A stretch of 58,018 bases of DNA, the filler included, from Stramenopiles sp. TOSAG23-6 (lineage: Eukaryota), in the NCBI GenBank assembly GCA_900128565.1. It is 4 parts of 4 records of this genome, joined end to end, with 100 filler letters (N's around TTAATTAATTAA, not from the genome) between each part and the next. Parts side by side here need not be neighbours in the genome. Positions count along the whole stretch, not along the records: positions 43,646 to 58,018 come from LT636141.1; 3 more parts are not named here. One strand, written 5' to 3'. Position 1 is the first letter of the stretch. Every line of letters begins with the position of its first letter. This document shows, one piece after another, positions 55,553-58,018 of this stretch. Made by a program: the position numbers and the translations under genes. Below the pieces are notes generated by a model. The model did no database searches and was not told where the DNA came from. It worked only from the letters and a program-made list of their open reading frames with translations.

Positions 55553-56806
55553 TCATCTACAACATGCACTCTCAATACTCTCTTTCTTTATCTTTGTATT
55601 TTTATTCATCGGAGAATTCTGAAGAATCTTTAACTGCTCATTTGCCTTTGCAGTTTCAAGCTCCAATTGTAATATTTTTTGTCTTGTCTCTTCCCTTTTT
55701 GCCTCTTGCATTTGTATTTTTTCAAGCATTTCATTCTCTAGTTTCTGTTGCTCGCTTAACAGTGCTTGTGCCTCTGTGATTTCTTTCAGGCGAAGATCTA
55801 TCTTTTCTTGCTCTTCTTTGTATTTTGTCTCAAAATCAGTTGCATCTTTTTCTTTCTTCATACGTAAGTTTTTTCTGTGTTCCTCGGCGCCTCGTCTTAA
55901 TTCGGCACCTTCTTCCAGCAATGCGTACTGGAACCTTGAAATACTATCCCGAAATTTTTCGATTCCAGTGTTTTGCCTTTCTATCTCGGAATTCAAAATA
56001 TTCTGAAATTTATCTCGCAATGTTGTAAGATCTTTGTTTCTAGTGCGATTTAGATCATCCAGGCCATTTATGACATCTGATATCATTTCTTCAGTTGGAG
56101 AGCCGCAATCTCCAACGCTAGAAAGTTTGTTTTTTAACCTATTGAAATCTGCCTTATGTGAAAGTTGCATCTGCATCAATTCATCATAGAAGGCTAAGTG
56201 TAGCTTACTATTCTCTTGAATTATTCTAGCGTGTTCAATCTCTTCCTGTGTAAGACGTCCCAGATCCTCTACAGATGATTTCGTTTCTCCCGTTGCTATA
56301 TTGAATGCGTGTTTATACCCAGCAGCATTTTCAGTTTCATAATACTCCGATGGAAACATTGCCAAATGATGCTTACTTACTTCGCGTTCAGCATCATTCT
56401 TAACAGTGAAAAGAACTCTAGGATGTTCTGGTTTAGGTTCTCCCGGCTTCCGTTTGTTTGCGGGTATAAGGCAGGCCACTACCGAATATCCAGCATCATT
56501 ATGAGTTTCTCCTCTAACTAAAATGACATCATCTCCAAAACCCTTATATAAGTCACTTTCGCCAGCTTCTGTCGGAAATTTAATTTCCTTTTGATTTTTT
56601 TGATTTCCATTTTGCTCATCCAATTTTATAGAATTGTAAAAATCCTTAATGACTTGTTCATCACTCTGTATTTGGTTGTCGTCAATTTTAACACCATAGA
56701 GGGTATCAACATCATTCCTTCTAACAGAATCGTTCATACCATAGATGGAATCCAACTGAGAACCATACACCAATTCGTCTTCTGCAACGTCCGAAGTGCT
56801 GAACAT
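55553..56806 (-). CDS. Coiled-coil hypothetical protein ending SACCR
   Basis: 417-aa ORF with an E/K/Q-rich coiled-coil C-half. Confidence 0.75.
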   Translation of the reverse strand: MFSTSDVAEDELVYGSQLDSIYGMNDSVRRNDVDTLYGVKIDDNQIQSDEQVIKDFYNSIKLDEQNGNQKNQKEIKFPTEAGESDLYKGFGDDVILVRGETHNDAGYSVVACLIPANKRKPGEPKPEHPRVLFTVKNDAEREVSKHHLAMFPSEYYETENAAGYKHAFNIATGETKSSVEDLGRLTQEEIEHARIIQENSKLHLAFYDELMQMQLSHKADFNRLKNKLSSVGDCGSPTEEMISDVINGLDDLNRTRNKDLTTLRDKFQNILNSEIERQNTGIEKFRDSISRFQYALLEEGAELRRGAEEHRKNLRMKKEKDATDFETKYKEEQEKIDLRLKEITEAQALLSEQQKLENEMLEKIQMQEAKREETRQKILQLELETAKANEQLKILQNSPMNKNTKIKKESIESACCR

Positions 56807-57145
56807 CCTAACTATATGGTGATCGTTGTATCTTTTATTAATCGGGATTCGTCTTATATTTATTGTTTCTTAAAATATGTTCTCTTAAAAGAAGATACCG
56901 TAACAAGCAAAACCGTTACAAGCGGTACAGCGCTATATTTCCAAATATCTACTAGCTAGGGTTGGGGGAATAAAAAAGTTCAGCTTGGAATCAAAATATC
57001 TCGAAAAAACGAAATCTTTTTTAACCTTTTGCGTTTTCTTCAAACAGTAAAATTAGAATACCTGTGTATTATTTGCAAGAGCTACGAGTGTTTTATACCA
57101 ATGAGAGGTACTTACTTCGATTATGTAGATTTGTGATATGTTCCC

Positions 57146-57929
57146 ATGATAATTTATCCATTTAGGCTCTGTAGAACTCTCACTGGGCGATTTTCTTACG
57201 CATTGCCCAGTACAATTACCAAAAAGTTACCACTTGTTGTACCGCAGTTTCGACAGTATAGTTGTAGGTTCAGTGATACTGAGCTGCAAAACGAGTATAT
57301 AAGAGCCCGCTTAGGAACAAGTTTCATTGTAGTAGATAAACCTGCTGATATAACGTCTCACGATGTTATTGATATCATACGTGCTGCTACTGGGTTAAAA
57401 AAAGTCGGCCATAGTGGCACACTGTATTTTTTCTAAATGGTACAAATAGTATTCAACGATTCATCACTCATAGAATTCTTATTTTTCATGCATAGTACAA
57501 ATTTTATATTAAGCACAATATATAGATCCCTTTGCAACGGGTTGTTTGCCGATTGCTCTAGGTAAAACGACTAAAACGATTCGATTCTTGGAAGAGTATG
57601 AAAAAAAATACGAGGCGACAATGTATTTTTTATTTTTTTGAAAATTTGAATTTATTTTTTTCGTACGAAATTTTGTACCTAACAAAAAAATCTAAAAATT
57701 TTTTTTGAAATATTTTTCCAAAATACATTTCCTTTGGATTGAAAACATCAACTGGTGATGTTGATGGAGATATTTTACAGTCTGAAGTGATTCCAAATTT
57801 TTTAAAAAATATTCATCAAGATGAAAATAAACGGAAAGTCCAATTCGTATTGGATCAATTTCTTGGTAAAAGTGTACAGAAGCCTCCTATTTTTTCTGCA
57901 GTCAAAGTAAAGGGGAAAGCCTTATATAA
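57146..57929 (+). CDS. truB: tRNA pseudouridine(55) synthase TruB, organellar; exons 57146-57423, 57524-57622, 57729-57929 (3' partial)
   Basis: [12 protein letters not shown], spliced [54 protein letters not shown]. Confidence 0.93.
57424..57523 (+). other. GT...AT intron lacking the recognisable introner core, 100 nt
   Basis: ACACT|GTATTTT...CACAATATAT|AGATCCC restores catalytic GTLDP. Confidence 0.85.
57623..57728 (+). mobile_element. Introner-family intron, 106 nt, GT...AT
   Basis: ACAAT|GTATTTTTT...TTTCGTACGAAATTTTGTACCTAAC...CCAAAATACAT|TTCC. Confidence 0.9.
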
Positions 57930-58018
57930 GTACGTTTTCATTATGAATTTCATTTTTTTTTTTTTTTTTTTGGTTTCGTACGAAATTTTTTACCTAACAA
58001 ATGTTGAATTTATTTTTT
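57930..58018 (+). mobile_element. Introner-family intron (truncated at window end)
   Basis: TATAA|GTACGTTTTCATTATGAATTT...TTTCGTACGAAATTTTTTACCTAAC. Confidence 0.85.

Overview
Gene-dense, AT-rich eukaryotic nuclear DNA from a flagellated protist (it has the flagellar gene EFHB and mitochondrial NDUFA8/EF-P/lipoyl/TruB genes; a stramenopile-like single-cell or metagenome assembly is a guess). The window is four unrelated ~14.4-kb contigs joined by artificial N-TTAATTAATTAA-N linkers. It holds about 34 protein genes and one tRNA-Leu(CAA). Main discovery: the introns I can reconstruct (14 complete, 4 truncated at contig ends; 88-106 nt) do not follow the GT-AG rule. They start mostly GTAYGT and are best read as ending in AT (13 of 14) or AC (1 of 14); for two of them a nearby AG cannot be excluded. 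Nearly all belong to one repeated family with terminal inverted repeats, a probable 2-nt target-site duplication, a TTTCGTACGAAA palindrome and a GTACCTAAC branch-like motif. This looks like an introner (intron-generating transposon) family with GT-AT/GT-AC boundaries. Splicing at these sites restores conserved motifs (TruB GTLDP, Rheb ERVVS, AI-2E WGVPG). Other points: a Rheb-like GTPase fused to a 4-TM domain, a sharply bounded CpG-depleted decayed region, and a 55-bp inverted copy that breaks a large LRR gene. Splicing is inferred from reading frames and protein motifs only; no RNA data are available.
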